From NCBI GenBank assembly GCA_963674595.2, contig CAXXFV010000023.1, positions 480,001-544,000 of the forward strand: 64,000 nucleotides of DNA. Reading direction: 5' to 3'. This document shows, piece after piece, positions 20,886 to 30,666 of this stretch (its first letter is position 1; every line of letters begins with the position of its first letter). A program made the position numbers and the translations under genes. The notes under the pieces are model-generated. The model had not been told where the DNA came from and ran no database searches. It saw only the letters and a program-made list of their open reading frames with translations. The stretch is from a bacterium (GTDB taxonomy: Bacteria > Zhuqueibacterota > Zhuqueibacteria > Residuimicrobiales > Krinioviventaceae).

Positions 20886-21210
20886 AAAATGGGATATTGT
20901 TCTGGTTCCGTTTCCGTTTACAGATTTGACAACGATAAAGAGACGACCTGCCTTGATAATTTCACCCGATGAATATAATACAAATTCGGATATTGTAATT
21001 GCTTTTGTTACAAGTAATTTAAACGTAGACTGTAGAATGGGCGATTATAAAATCGAACATTGGCAAGAAGCTGATTTACCAAAACCTTCTATGATACGTA
21101 TAAAGTTTGCTACTATAGACAAGTCAATAGTAATAAAAAGACTGGGGCGGATTGTAGAGAATGATCAGCAGAATTTCCAAAAACTGTTGATTGATTTTTT
21201 TAGCCAATAG
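20854..21210 (+). CDS. PemK/MazF family toxin
   Basis: DIVLVPFPFTD..KRRPALIIS and LPKPSMIR motifs. Confidence 0.92.
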   Translation: MKTMKSITYYKKWDIVLVPFPFTDLTTIKRRPALIISPDEYNTNSDIVIAFVTSNLNVDCRMGDYKIEHWQEADLPKPSMIRIKFATIDKSIVIKRLGRIVENDQQNFQKLLIDFFSQ

Positions 21211-21295
21211 GCATTTGTAAATATCTTCAGAATTTGACTTTTCAAATGTTATTTGTTTTATTCTATCTTAATTTTACTAGAGTTAAATAAATTAT

Positions 21296-22600
21296 TTACC
21301 CCGGGCCCAATCCTGAACGTCCCAATCCGTTAAACGAAGGTTTGAGAAAAGTCAGTGCATTAACTTTACTCTGCACACCTGCTGTTTCCAGTTGAATCAA
21401 CATGCCTGATTTGGTTTTTTGAAATAAAGAAAACATTTCGGTAGAAATGGGGTCACCGGAGGTGTTTTTAATTTTCAGCGGATTGACCGGTCTGCCGTTT
21501 TCATACAAGGCATAATGAAGGTGTGGGCCTGTTGCCAGACCTGTTTTACCCACATAGCCGATAACATCTTTTTGTTTAACTTTTTTACCCTTGTGTATGT
21601 TTTTTGCAAATTTTGAAAGATGCCCGTACAGGGTTATGAAACGATTGTTGGCGTGACGAATTTTAATGTAATTCCCTAGCCCTTTGTTGCGTCCTTTTTC
21701 AATGATTGTGCCGTCTGCTGAGGCCGAAACCGGTGTGCCCGTGGGCGCGGCATAGTCGATGGCGTAATGGGCACGGACGATCTTTAAAATCGGGTGTCGT
21801 CTTGCGGCTGTAAAAGAGGAACTGATTCGGCTGTAATTTAACGGGGATTTTAAAAACATTTTCTGAAAAGAGCGGCCGGATTCGTCATAATAACCACCGT
21901 GTCCCTCCTGGTTTTGAAAATACACGGCTGTCATTGGCGTACCTGCCAATGTATACTGTCCGGCAAGGATTTTACCGTATTTAACAAATTCACCGGTGGA
22001 ATCCGGTTTGGATGTGTCCTGTAGAAAATATTTTTCAAAAATAATACGGAATTCATCACCCCGTCGCGGGTCTGTAAAAAAATCAATGTCCCATTGAAAG
22101 ATGTCGCTGAATGCTATAATAATGTCCGGCGTTTCGTTTAATGCCAGTACAGCGTCATATAGAGTGGTTTCTACGGTGCCTCTAAGAGCTTCCGTCTTTT
22201 TTATTAGCGGGATTTGCTGAATGTGACCGGTATAGTTGTTGGTAGAGTCATACACTACCCAGACTGTTTTTTCCCTTTGGGCCTGGTATTCAAAACAATG
22301 AACGGTTTGGGTCGAGTCCTGAAACAGGCGATAAGCATTCCTGGGTTTAATCTGGCGAACATTAAATACATCGGAAAAGGCTTTAATAATTTGTACCGCA
22401 ACCTTGCGGGATATATTTTCACGTAACAAAAGTTTTTCGAGCGTATCGCCTCTTTTAACAACGCCCTCTTTTATCAATAATGGGATGGATGGTGTTTCTT
22501 TTTGTATTACGTGTATGGGCTGTTCTATTCTGTTTTCAATACAATTCAGTAAAAATGAAAAAGAAAGTAAAACAATGAATGGTAATTTTTTAATAATCAT
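21296..22600 (-). CDS. M23 peptidoglycan DD-endopeptidase (MepM-like)
   Basis: RRHPIL..RAHYAIDYAAPTGTPV, YGHLS, ATGPHLHY. Confidence 0.93.
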   Translation of the reverse strand: MIIKKLPFIVLLSFSFLLNCIENRIEQPIHVIQKETPSIPLLIKEGVVKRGDTLEKLLLRENISRKVAVQIIKAFSDVFNVRQIKPRNAYRLFQDSTQTVHCFEYQAQREKTVWVVYDSTNNYTGHIQQIPLIKKTEALRGTVETTLYDAVLALNETPDIIIAFSDIFQWDIDFFTDPRRGDEFRIIFEKYFLQDTSKPDSTGEFVKYGKILAGQYTLAGTPMTAVYFQNQEGHGGYYDESGRSFQKMFLKSPLNYSRISSSFTAARRHPILKIVRAHYAIDYAAPTGTPVSASADGTIIEKGRNKGLGNYIKIRHANNRFITLYGHLSKFAKNIHKGKKVKQKDVIGYVGKTGLATGPHLHYALYENGRPVNPLKIKNTSGDPISTEMFSLFQKTKSGMLIQLETAGVQSKVNALTFLKPSFNGLGRSGLGPG

Positions 22601-22687
22601 GGTGCTTTCGTAATTTTTTTATTTTTGAATTGTAAAAATAAGAACAAATATTATATTAATCAAGGCTCATAAATTTAAGGATATCGT

Positions 22688-23563
22688 ATGAAACGTATTT
22701 TATTAACCGGCGCCAGTGGATTTTTAGGCGGACATGTTTATACATTGCTGACAGGATCACATCATGTAATGGCCCTTTATAATAAAAATAAACCAAACAT
22801 TGCAAAAAATGACTGGACTTTTCTTGATTTAACCGATTCTGTTACTGTAAAAAGGGTTGTGAATGATTTTATACCGCATGTTATTATTCATGCCGCCGCA
22901 TTTAGTAATTTGGATGTTTGTGAAAAAAATCCGGAATCTGCATGGAAAGTAAATGTCAAAGCAACCCAAACACTTGCCGAATTATCAGCAAGTTTGGGCA
23001 GCAGATTTATTTATGTTTCCAGTGACATGGTGTATGACGGCAAGGGCTCCTTTTATAAAGAAGATGATCCTGTTTCTCCCATTTCTGTTTATGGACAGAA
23101 TAAAGTCGATGCTGAGAATATTGTCCGGGATGTGGTGAAAAATCATGTCATTGCCCGTGCCGCGTTAATTTACGGGAGGCATATAATCGGAGGGAACTCA
23201 TTTTCCGAATGGTTTGAAAATAAACTGGAGCAAAAGGAAAATGTTTCGCTGTATACCGATCAGTTTCGTACCCCGGTTCTGGTGAATAATTTAGCGGAAA
23301 TTCTGGTGGAAATGGCCGGCAATGATTTTATCGGTACCGTGCATCTTGGCAGTCCGGACAGAATTGATCGATATACTTTTGGAAAACAGTTGTGTCGAAT
23401 AGGCGGCTATGACCCCAATTTGCTACAACCCTGTTCCATGCATGATCACCATCCGGCTGCTCCGCGTCCGGCTGATATTTCTTTTTCCGTGGAAAAAGCG
23501 CAAAAGGTTTTTAAGACCAAACTGTTGACAACAGGACAGGGCCTGGAAAGAATGTTTCAATAG
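22688..23563 (+). CDS. RmlD-like (dTDP-4-dehydrorhamnose reductase family) SDR oxidoreductase
   Basis: TGASGFLG, SSDMVYDG, YGQNK, DQFRTP, RP motifs. Confidence 0.85.
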   Translation: MKRILLTGASGFLGGHVYTLLTGSHHVMALYNKNKPNIAKNDWTFLDLTDSVTVKRVVNDFIPHVIIHAAAFSNLDVCEKNPESAWKVNVKATQTLAELSASLGSRFIYVSSDMVYDGKGSFYKEDDPVSPISVYGQNKVDAENIVRDVVKNHVIARAALIYGRHIIGGNSFSEWFENKLEQKENVSLYTDQFRTPVLVNNLAEILVEMAGNDFIGTVHLGSPDRIDRYTFGKQLCRIGGYDPNLLQPCSMHDHHPAAPRPADISFSVEKAQKVFKTKLLTTGQGLERMFQ

Positions 23564-23587
23564 AAATAAACTGTTATTCATACCCGG

Positions 23588-25072
23588 TTACAGCAGTTTT
23601 TCGGCACCGGGCATGGCCGTGCTGGAAAAAATGATTTCTTTAAAATCGTTCTGGCTGATTTTAATTTCCGGGTGTTTTTTGCCCAAATATTCGATGTAAT
23701 AATCCCTGATCATACCGTCGATAAAAGATTTTTCATTCTGTCCTTCCACAATGCTTACCGTACAACCGCCAAAACCGGCGCCTGTCAATCTGGAACCGAT
23801 TGCGCCGTGCTTTAAGGCTGTTTCAACAAGTACGTCCATTTCTTCAATTGAGATTTCATAATTGTCGCGGCAGCTTTGGTGTGATTCGACCATAAGCTTG
23901 CCGAATTCCCGGATCCTGCCGGATTGCAGCATTTCTGCTGCCTGTTCAACACGGGCCGATTCGGTTATAACATGATCATAACGCATTTTGATTTTAAAAC
24001 CTTCTTCAGGCGGTTGAAACAGATCGTTTGATTTGAGTCGTAAAAATTTTTCCTGAAACTCGCTGTCCGACAGGTTGAGCTGTTGTTTTATATCATCCAC
24101 ACTAAAAATGTCTTTATCAAAGGTTTGCTGAACAATCTGATTATATTGCTCGGTATCTATATCAAATTTTTTTATATCGACATCACAAAGCCGCGCAACA
24201 TTTTCAATTTCATATCCATGTGATTTAAACGCACTTGACAGCAACGCTGCAGCAATACGGCATTCCACAGGACGTCTGTTGTAATTGTTTTTGGCTTTTT
24301 CTGTTTTTGGCGCCTGCATCAAAGAGTTGCTTATGATAATTTTATAGTTTTCGGGCAGGGGAATAGTCCGGGTGCGTAAGGGGAAAAAATCGATTTTCAA
24401 TGCGGCATTTTCTTTGCCCATTAAAGAAACTGCCTGGTCCATGCCGCCGCCTTCAGTGCCGACGAAACGTTCCGCGCGTGCCAGGCGTTCGGCAAGTTGA
24501 TCTTTTGCCATTTCGGTATTATTTACAGTTAAAAAGGTCATAGCTGTTGCGACAACCATGGCTGAAGATGAAGAAAGGCCGGATGCAGCAGGGACATTGC
24601 CATCATATACGGCATTAAATCCGTTAACCTCGCCTTTGTTTTCCTGTATATAGGGCAATAAATCAACAATTGCTGCCTTGACATAATTACCCCAATCACC
24701 GGCGTTATAGGGGGTGATTTTTTCCATAATTGAAAAGGTACGCTGTTCGAACCGTTCATTGGTGTTTTGTACGGAAACTGCCTTTGAATCGTTTACCGCA
24801 GCCAACACAAGAATATCCCGGGTTACAGCCATGGGCATAACCGGATAACCGTTATAGTCCGTGTGTTCACCAATTAAATTGACCCGACCGGGTGCACGGA
24901 TAATATTAATCTCCTGCTCCTGGAAAGATTGTTCGAATTTAGAGACCAGCTTTTTCAGTCTTGATAAAAAATGAGTTAATTCTGTTTCTGAATTTTGATA
25001 AAGTGGGAAGAGTTTTTGAAAAAATATTAAATTAGAATTTTCGAGTTCTTTTTTCAGAGTTGTCAGTTTCAT
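23588..25072 (-). CDS. galK: Galactokinase family GHMP kinase (GALK2/Gal1-like)
   Basis: APGRVNLIGEHTDY, PAASGLSSSSA, GSRLTGAGFGGC. Confidence 0.88.
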   Translation of the reverse strand: MKLTTLKKELENSNLIFFQKLFPLYQNSETELTHFLSRLKKLVSKFEQSFQEQEINIIRAPGRVNLIGEHTDYNGYPVMPMAVTRDILVLAAVNDSKAVSVQNTNERFEQRTFSIMEKITPYNAGDWGNYVKAAIVDLLPYIQENKGEVNGFNAVYDGNVPAASGLSSSSAMVVATAMTFLTVNNTEMAKDQLAERLARAERFVGTEGGGMDQAVSLMGKENAALKIDFFPLRTRTIPLPENYKIIISNSLMQAPKTEKAKNNYNRRPVECRIAAALLSSAFKSHGYEIENVARLCDVDIKKFDIDTEQYNQIVQQTFDKDIFSVDDIKQQLNLSDSEFQEKFLRLKSNDLFQPPEEGFKIKMRYDHVITESARVEQAAEMLQSGRIREFGKLMVESHQSCRDNYEISIEEMDVLVETALKHGAIGSRLTGAGFGGCTVSIVEGQNEKSFIDGMIRDYYIEYLGKKHPEIKISQNDFKEIIFSSTAMPGAEKLL

Positions 25073-25161
25073 TGTATATTCCTTATTTTTAGAATCTAAG
25101 AATAATCAATGAAATGAAAAAAATTCAAGTAATTATTTACTTAATTAGAAATTGAAATGCC

Positions 25162-25190
25162 TTGACATTCGTTTGTAACGTTACTATTTT
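25162..25190 (+). promoter_or_regulatory. Sigma70 promoter containing a LacI-type operator GTAACGTTAC
   Basis: TTGACA(25162)-N17-TATTTT(25185) with the perfect palindrome GTAACGTTAC at 25175-25184 in the spacer. Confidence 0.75.
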
Positions 25191-25280
25191 AAATAATAAA
25201 TTCCTTTTTGTTATGAGTGGAATATCTGTTTTTAAGATTCTGTTTGATAAAAAAAAGTTTCAGAATAGAAAGGACATTTA

Positions 25281-25820
25281 ATGAAATTGGCTGATTTTAA
25301 AGATGCTATGGACATGTGGCGGACTCCGGAACGTATTGTTTTTATAACTAGCGTTGATTCAGACGGAAAACCTGCGATTATTACTGTGGGTTGGAAAATG
25401 CGTTCATCTTTTAATCCACCCTCTTTTGCAATCGCTGTTCGACAAGACTCCCATATGCATCATTGTATTAAAACTTCCCGTGAATTTGTTGTCGCTGTTC
25501 CCGGTGCGGATTTGTCCAAAGAATCCCTTGTCTGTGGCCTTCGTTTAAAAGAGGGTGAGGATAAATTTGAAAAATGCAGTTTTGAAACCATCTCCGGGAA
25601 TTATATTTCAAGTCCGTTAATACGAGATTGTATTGCCAATTTTGAGTGTAAAGTTGTGGGGCACCTTGATTCGGGTGACCATACGATTTTCAACGGTGAG
25701 GTGCTGGCTTCGTGGGTTTCTGCAAAAAATGAACTCAAAAATCTTTTGGTCATAAATTCGGACAAAGGTTATACATTGCTGGCTGAAACGGAATCATATA
25801 AAATTGGTATTATTAAATAG
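25281..25820 (+). CDS. Flavin reductase family protein
   Basis: SFNPP, EFVVAVP, ANFECKV, GDHTIFNGEV. Confidence 0.88.
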   Translation: MKLADFKDAMDMWRTPERIVFITSVDSDGKPAIITVGWKMRSSFNPPSFAIAVRQDSHMHHCIKTSREFVVAVPGADLSKESLVCGLRLKEGEDKFEKCSFETISGNYISSPLIRDCIANFECKVVGHLDSGDHTIFNGEVLASWVSAKNELKNLLVINSDKGYTLLAETESYKIGIIK

Positions 25821-25841
25821 CTTTTTGAACGGAGTAAGGGC

Positions 25842-26678
25842 GTGGATTGCCGATTGATGACATTTGAGGATACACCGCACCTGATGGACCTTGTACAATC
25901 GGCGGGCTGGAACCAGTGTGAAAATGACTGGCTTCGATATATACGTATGGAACCTGAGGGTTGTTTTGTCCTTGAAAAGGACCGAAAAATAATCGGGTCT
26001 GTTACAACCATTTGCTACGAACATAAAATCGGCTGGATTGGTATGGTGCTTGTGCATCCTGAATACCGCCGGCAAGGCATCGGTACTGATTTGATGAATA
26101 CGGCTTTAGATTACCTAAAACCAAAAGTTGATACAATAGGGCTGGATGCAACCGACCAGGGCAAACCGGTTTATGAACGACTCGGATTTAAAGCTGCTTA
26201 CTCATTAAACCGTTTGTTTGTAAAAAACAGTGAACAGCATAAAGATGACGAATGTCTGAAAATGTCCGCACAAGATATTGACAAAATCGTGCAGTTTGAT
26301 GCGGCATGTTTTGGAGCACGGCGAATGAATGTTATTTCCGAATTGTATGAGGAATTTTCAGATTTTAGTTTTTATACAATGACGGATAAAAAAATAAGCG
26401 GTTATATTATGGCCAATTGCGGTCGTAATGCCTGGCATATCGGGCCCTTTGTTGCCAAACGTGTTGAAGAGGCGGATAGATTATTAAAAACGTGTTTGTC
26501 CTGTTTACCGGAACAAACCATTTTTGTCGATGTGCCTGTTATTGATCAAACTTTAACATTGTTTAATAAATTTAACTTTGTACATCAACGTGATTTTGTA
26601 CGTATGTTTTTAGGTAATGAACCAAATCAGCAAAATTTATCGTCAGTTTATGCTACGGCCCGGGCTGAAAAAGGATAA
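25842..26678 (+). CDS. GNAT acetyltransferase (two-domain, YitH-like)
   Basis: AGWNQ, MVLVHPEYRRQGIG, LDATDQGKPVYERLGF, IGPFVA. Confidence 0.88.
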   Translation: MDCRLMTFEDTPHLMDLVQSAGWNQCENDWLRYIRMEPEGCFVLEKDRKIIGSVTTICYEHKIGWIGMVLVHPEYRRQGIGTDLMNTALDYLKPKVDTIGLDATDQGKPVYERLGFKAAYSLNRLFVKNSEQHKDDECLKMSAQDIDKIVQFDAACFGARRMNVISELYEEFSDFSFYTMTDKKISGYIMANCGRNAWHIGPFVAKRVEEADRLLKTCLSCLPEQTIFVDVPVIDQTLTLFNKFNFVHQRDFVRMFLGNEPNQQNLSSVYATARAEKG

Positions 26679-26704
26679 AAATATTTACCAGACAAAGAAA
26701 AAGT

Positions 26705-26756
26705 TTGACTTTTATATGGCCATTACTTAATTTGGTTAATCGGTAACGTAACCGAT
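26705..26756 (+). promoter_or_regulatory. lacI-family promoter with autoregulatory operator
   Basis: TTGACT-N17-TAATTT, then near-palindrome ATCGGTAACGTAACCGAT at 26739-26756. Confidence 0.75.
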
Positions 26757-26784
26757 AAAGAAAGTTTTATTTAGGGATTTTATT

Positions 26785-27798
26785 ATGTCACGTGTCAGAC
26801 TTGAAGATATAGCTAAAATTTTAAATGTGTCCAAGGTTACCGTTTCCAAAGCGCTTCGGGATTATCCTGATATTTCTGAGGAAATGAAAAAAAAAGTCCA
26901 TAAAATAGCGCAGGAGGTAGGATATACTCCAAATTTTATAGCCCGAAATTTGTCCGCGCATAAAACAAACACGATTGGACTTGTTATCCCCGATGTTTCC
27001 AACCTGTATTTTTCTCATATTATTCACGGAATTATTGATTATGCCTCTGAATGCAATTATCAGATTATTTTGACCGTTTCGCGTGAAAATGAAGAAATTG
27101 AAAAAAATAATATTCTAACACTTATATCCATGCGTGTGGATGGTTTGCTGATTTCCATCTCCCAAAACGCCCAAAATTTGAATATTATTGAAATGGTTAA
27201 ACATGCTGATATCCCCCTGGTTTTCTTTGACCGTCATATTGAGAATGCAGATTATCACGTTGTAGAGGAAGACAATTTCGGCGGTGCCTTTAAAGCAACT
27301 GAATATATAATTGAGCAGGGATATACCAGGGTGGCCCATTTGGCGGGTTCGCTAAAAACGAGTATCGGCAGGGCCAGAAAAGCCGGCTATGAAGCCGCGT
27401 TGGAAAAAAATAATTTACCTATCCGTGACGAATATATTTACGAGTGCGGTTTTTCGAAAGAGGGTGGTTTTGCAGGAATGAACCAGCTTTTATCATTGAG
27501 TGATCCACCGGAAGCTGTTTTTACTGTCTGCGGGCCTGTAAGTGTCGGCGCCTATGATAGTGCAAAGGAACATAATATAAAAATCCCTCAGGATATTGGT
27601 ATTGTCGGTTTTGGATTTAGTGAATTTACAAATCTTTTAACTCCGCCGTTGACGATAATGAGCGAACAGCCAAAAATCCTTGGGCAAAGCGCTGTTGAAC
27701 TTTTAGTTAAAACGATAGATAATCCTTCAGCCAAGGTACAGCATATTATTCAGCCGTTGAACTTGGAGGTGCATGGGTCTATTATTCCTAAACAGTAA
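26785..27798 (+). CDS. LacI family transcriptional regulator
   Basis: LEDIAKILNVSKVTVSKAL HTH, GYTPN..AR.L hinge, sugar-binding domain. Confidence 0.95.
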   Translation: MSRVRLEDIAKILNVSKVTVSKALRDYPDISEEMKKKVHKIAQEVGYTPNFIARNLSAHKTNTIGLVIPDVSNLYFSHIIHGIIDYASECNYQIILTVSRENEEIEKNNILTLISMRVDGLLISISQNAQNLNIIEMVKHADIPLVFFDRHIENADYHVVEEDNFGGAFKATEYIIEQGYTRVAHLAGSLKTSIGRARKAGYEAALEKNNLPIRDEYIYECGFSKEGGFAGMNQLLSLSDPPEAVFTVCGPVSVGAYDSAKEHNIKIPQDIGIVGFGFSEFTNLLTPPLTIMSEQPKILGQSAVELLVKTIDNPSAKVQHIIQPLNLEVHGSIIPKQ

Positions 27799-27922
27799 AT
27801 TCAATTCTCCCGGGGATTAAATCTATTTTTCATTGCACCATTTTTAAATTATGTAAAAATGCTTTGATTTCAGTTGAGATTATTAGTAACTTTTCAGTAA
27901 TTTATCATGAATAAAGCAATTA

Positions 27923-30505
27923 TTGAAAATGAAACCAAAGCAAAACACAATCCTATTATTTTTAATTTTTATTATTTGTTCGTTTTTGACAATTACTCCG
28001 TTAAATAAATCGGTCAAAAATGCTGCAACAGATATGCTTGTAAAAACCCGGGGCGATCAACATGTTAATCCCAATCTTTTGTTTGTATATATCGGCCAGG
28101 AAGATATTCAGGCTTTAAACGGTTGGCCTATAACAAGAGATTATTATGCTTATATTACACATATTTTAAAAACATCGGGTGTCCGTGTTATTGCTTTTGA
28201 TCTGTTGTTTGATACACCCGATAAACGTTATCCCGAATATGATGCAGATTTTGCCGAATTTTTACAGTCTGATGTAAATATCGCATTACCCATGGTTTAT
28301 TCTGATTTTCAATTATCTGATACGGACACGACAGGGGAATTCATTCAGGGGCAAAATCCCCGGTATCCCGTTGCTGAATTTAAAAATCATGCTGATGCAT
28401 TGGGATTCAGTAATCTGGGAGATGAAACGATCGTTCGTTCGGTTCCGGTTACGGCCCTGTTTGAAAATAAACCGGTGTTCTCATTCGGCCTGGAACTGGC
28501 CCGACTTTATTTGTCGGTGCCTGAAGAGCAGATTAACGTTACCAAAAAATCAATCCTTATGAACAGGGATGGGCAGGAGCTGATTAAAGTGCCCATTGAT
28601 AAACATGGGCAGCTTTGTCTTTATCATTTGGGTAATATTTCCTCTGTAAACAGCATCGGATTTGTGGATTTATTGACAACTTTGCAAAACAATCCGGATT
28701 CTTTAAATCTGTCGGATAAATTGGTCTATATTGCCGTTACATCACCGGGACTGGCGCCGTTAAAAGTCACTCCTTTTTCATCAGCTTTTCCGGCCTCTTT
28801 GCTGCACCTGACGGTTGCTGAAAATATTATAGGTAAAAAGTTTATCAAACACCTATCCGTATGGCCGGATATTTTGATATGTTTTTTAATATTTATTGGA
28901 GTGGTTTTTTTTAGTCGTGATTATAAAAGAACGATCATCACCGCCGGTGTTTTTTTCATAATTTATCTTATCCTGGTTTATTTGCTATTTAGAACCATGT
29001 TGGTTGTGCTGCCTGTTTTCTGGCCGCTGACAAGTCTGGTTTTGTCCTTGGCGGCCATCGGGTTGTTAAAAATACGGCAACGTCAAAAAAAGGACATGGC
29101 CCGTAAAAATATTTTAAGGGGACGAATCACAGAAAAGGAAAAAGAACTTTTCTTTGCTCAGCAAAAGTATGATGAGATTTTTAACCAGTTGAACGCGGAA
29201 AAGCTTGAAAAACAAACTATTTCCGAAAAGGCACAACAACAATTGGAACAGAAACAAAAAGACATTCTGTTATTGAAAAACCAACTGGACGACCTTTATG
29301 TTTATGAAACAACCAAATCCGAATCTGAAAAGGTTGTAAACTCGGAAATTGTGCATACCGATAAAAGTCCGTTGGTTCATATTTTAAATATGATTAAAAA
29401 GATAAGTGCCGATGATATTCCTGTTTTAATTTTAGGCGAGACCGGCAGCGGTAAAGAACTTGTGGCAAGGTGCATTCATCAAAACAGTCATCGAAACGAT
29501 AAACAATTTATCGCTGTTAATTGCGGCGCTTTATCCGAAACGCTTTTGGAGAGCGAGCTTTTCGGACATGAGAAAGGAAGTTTTACCGGCGCCCAAGCTC
29601 AGCGACGCGGCCGGTTTGAACTGGCGGATGGTGGTACTTTATTTTTGGATGAAGTGACGGAAACTTCTTCGGCCTTTCAGGCGAAATTGCTGCGTGTCCT
29701 TCAGGAGGGCACATTTGAACGTTTGGGCAGCGAAAAAACGCTTAAAGTCGATGTCCGGATTATTGCGGCAACAGGCAGAAATATTCAGGATGAAATTGCC
29801 GCTGAAAGGTTCCGTATGGACCTGTATTACAGATTGAACGGATTCCCAGTTCAGCTTCCGCCGTTACGGGACCGGAAAATGGACATCCCCGCACTTGTGG
29901 AACATTTTCTGTTTAAATATACCAATGACAAATCATTCTCTTTTTCTGAACAGATCATAAAACAATTGTCGGCTTATTCTTTTCCCGGAAATGTTCGTGA
30001 ACTTGAGAATATCGTCCGGCATGCAGCTTTACTGGCAAAGAGCGAAGGCCGTCATTTGCTTCAGAGCAGGGATTTGCCACAGGATATATTAAAAAATCAC
30101 ACGCCGACCGGTTATGTGGAACTGGAAGACCAAATTCTGGAATCTCTTCGAACTCTTGAATTTTCTCATTCCGCCATCAGCAAAACAGCAAAAGCACTGG
30201 GGAACCGGGACAGAGGAACCATTACAGAGTATTTTAAAGGTATTTGTTTTAAATACTATTATGAAAATGACTTTGATCAGGACAAAGCAGCCCGGATCAT
30301 TGCCGGTTCCGCAGAAACCCAAATTGTTCAAAAGGTAACGTCTAAACTAAAAGAGTATTTGAAAAATTTATCATTGCCATCCCGGGAATTATCTGAAACA
30401 GATTTTCAAAATTTACCCCAGTTGAAAGGATTGCCGCAAAAATACCACGAATATGCGATAGAAATTATAAAATATTTTTTAAATAAAGAAAATGATGATT
30501 TTTAA
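27923..30505 (+). CDS. Membrane-anchored CHASE2-domain sigma54 enhancer-binding protein
   Basis: N-terminal TM; CHASE2 motifs (WPITRDYYA, VIAFDLLFD, DADFA, VRSVP); three TMs; coiled coil; AAA+ (GETGSGKE, ESELFGHEKGSFTGA, FLDEV, FRMDLYYRL, FPGNVREL); C-terminal HTH. Confidence 0.9.
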   Translation: MKMKPKQNTILLFLIFIICSFLTITPLNKSVKNAATDMLVKTRGDQHVNPNLLFVYIGQEDIQALNGWPITRDYYAYITHILKTSGVRVIAFDLLFDTPDKRYPEYDADFAEFLQSDVNIALPMVYSDFQLSDTDTTGEFIQGQNPRYPVAEFKNHADALGFSNLGDETIVRSVPVTALFENKPVFSFGLELARLYLSVPEEQINVTKKSILMNRDGQELIKVPIDKHGQLCLYHLGNISSVNSIGFVDLLTTLQNNPDSLNLSDKLVYIAVTSPGLAPLKVTPFSSAFPASLLHLTVAENIIGKKFIKHLSVWPDILICFLIFIGVVFFSRDYKRTIITAGVFFIIYLILVYLLFRTMLVVLPVFWPLTSLVLSLAAIGLLKIRQRQKKDMARKNILRGRITEKEKELFFAQQKYDEIFNQLNAEKLEKQTISEKAQQQLEQKQKDILLLKNQLDDLYVYETTKSESEKVVNSEIVHTDKSPLVHILNMIKKISADDIPVLILGETGSGKELVARCIHQNSHRNDKQFIAVNCGALSETLLESELFGHEKGSFTGAQAQRRGRFELADGGTLFLDEVTETSSAFQAKLLRVLQEGTFERLGSEKTLKVDVRIIAATGRNIQDEIAAERFRMDLYYRLNGFPVQLPPLRDRKMDIPALVEHFLFKYTNDKSFSFSEQIIKQLSAYSFPGNVRELENIVRHAALLAKSEGRHLLQSRDLPQDILKNHTPTGYVELEDQILESLRTLEFSHSAISKTAKALGNRDRGTITEYFKGICFKYYYENDFDQDKAARIIAGSAETQIVQKVTSKLKEYLKNLSLPSRELSETDFQNLPQLKGLPQKYHEYAIEIIKYFLNKENDDF

Positions 30506-30542
30506 ATGCGGAATTTTTCCGCATTTTTTTGTTTTTCCGCAC
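30504..30542. promoter_or_regulatory. Palindrome AAATGCGGAA-TTT-TTCCGCATTT plus extra TTCCGCA half-site: candidate activator UAS (may also act as terminator)
   Basis: Perfect 10-bp inverted repeat about 85-105 bp upstream of the -24 element; followed by a T run. Confidence 0.55.
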
Positions 30543-30609
30543 TTGTGATTTAGTTTTGACGATATTGTAACTTATTTAAAAATAATACGTAAAATAATTT
30601 TTTCAAATG

Positions 30610-30625
30610 TGGCATTGTTGTTGCG
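30610..30625 (+). promoter_or_regulatory. Sigma54 -24/-12 promoter
   Basis: TGGCATTGTTGTTGCG (GG-N10-GC), about 40 bp upstream of the AAGGAG RBS and ATG 30667. Confidence 0.8.
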
Positions 30626-30666
30626 GAACGGAAAGTAAATTGTTAAAATTTACAAAGGAGTTTAAA

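Noticed and set aside
22688-23563. Rhamnose/O-antigen biosynthesis cluster
   Set aside because: The RmlD-like gene stands alone, with no rmlABC or polysaccharide export genes nearby.
30607-30666. Extended N-terminus MWHCCCGTES of the first barrel gene
   Set aside because: This stretch is the sigma54 promoter; the RBS and signal peptide support ATG 30667.
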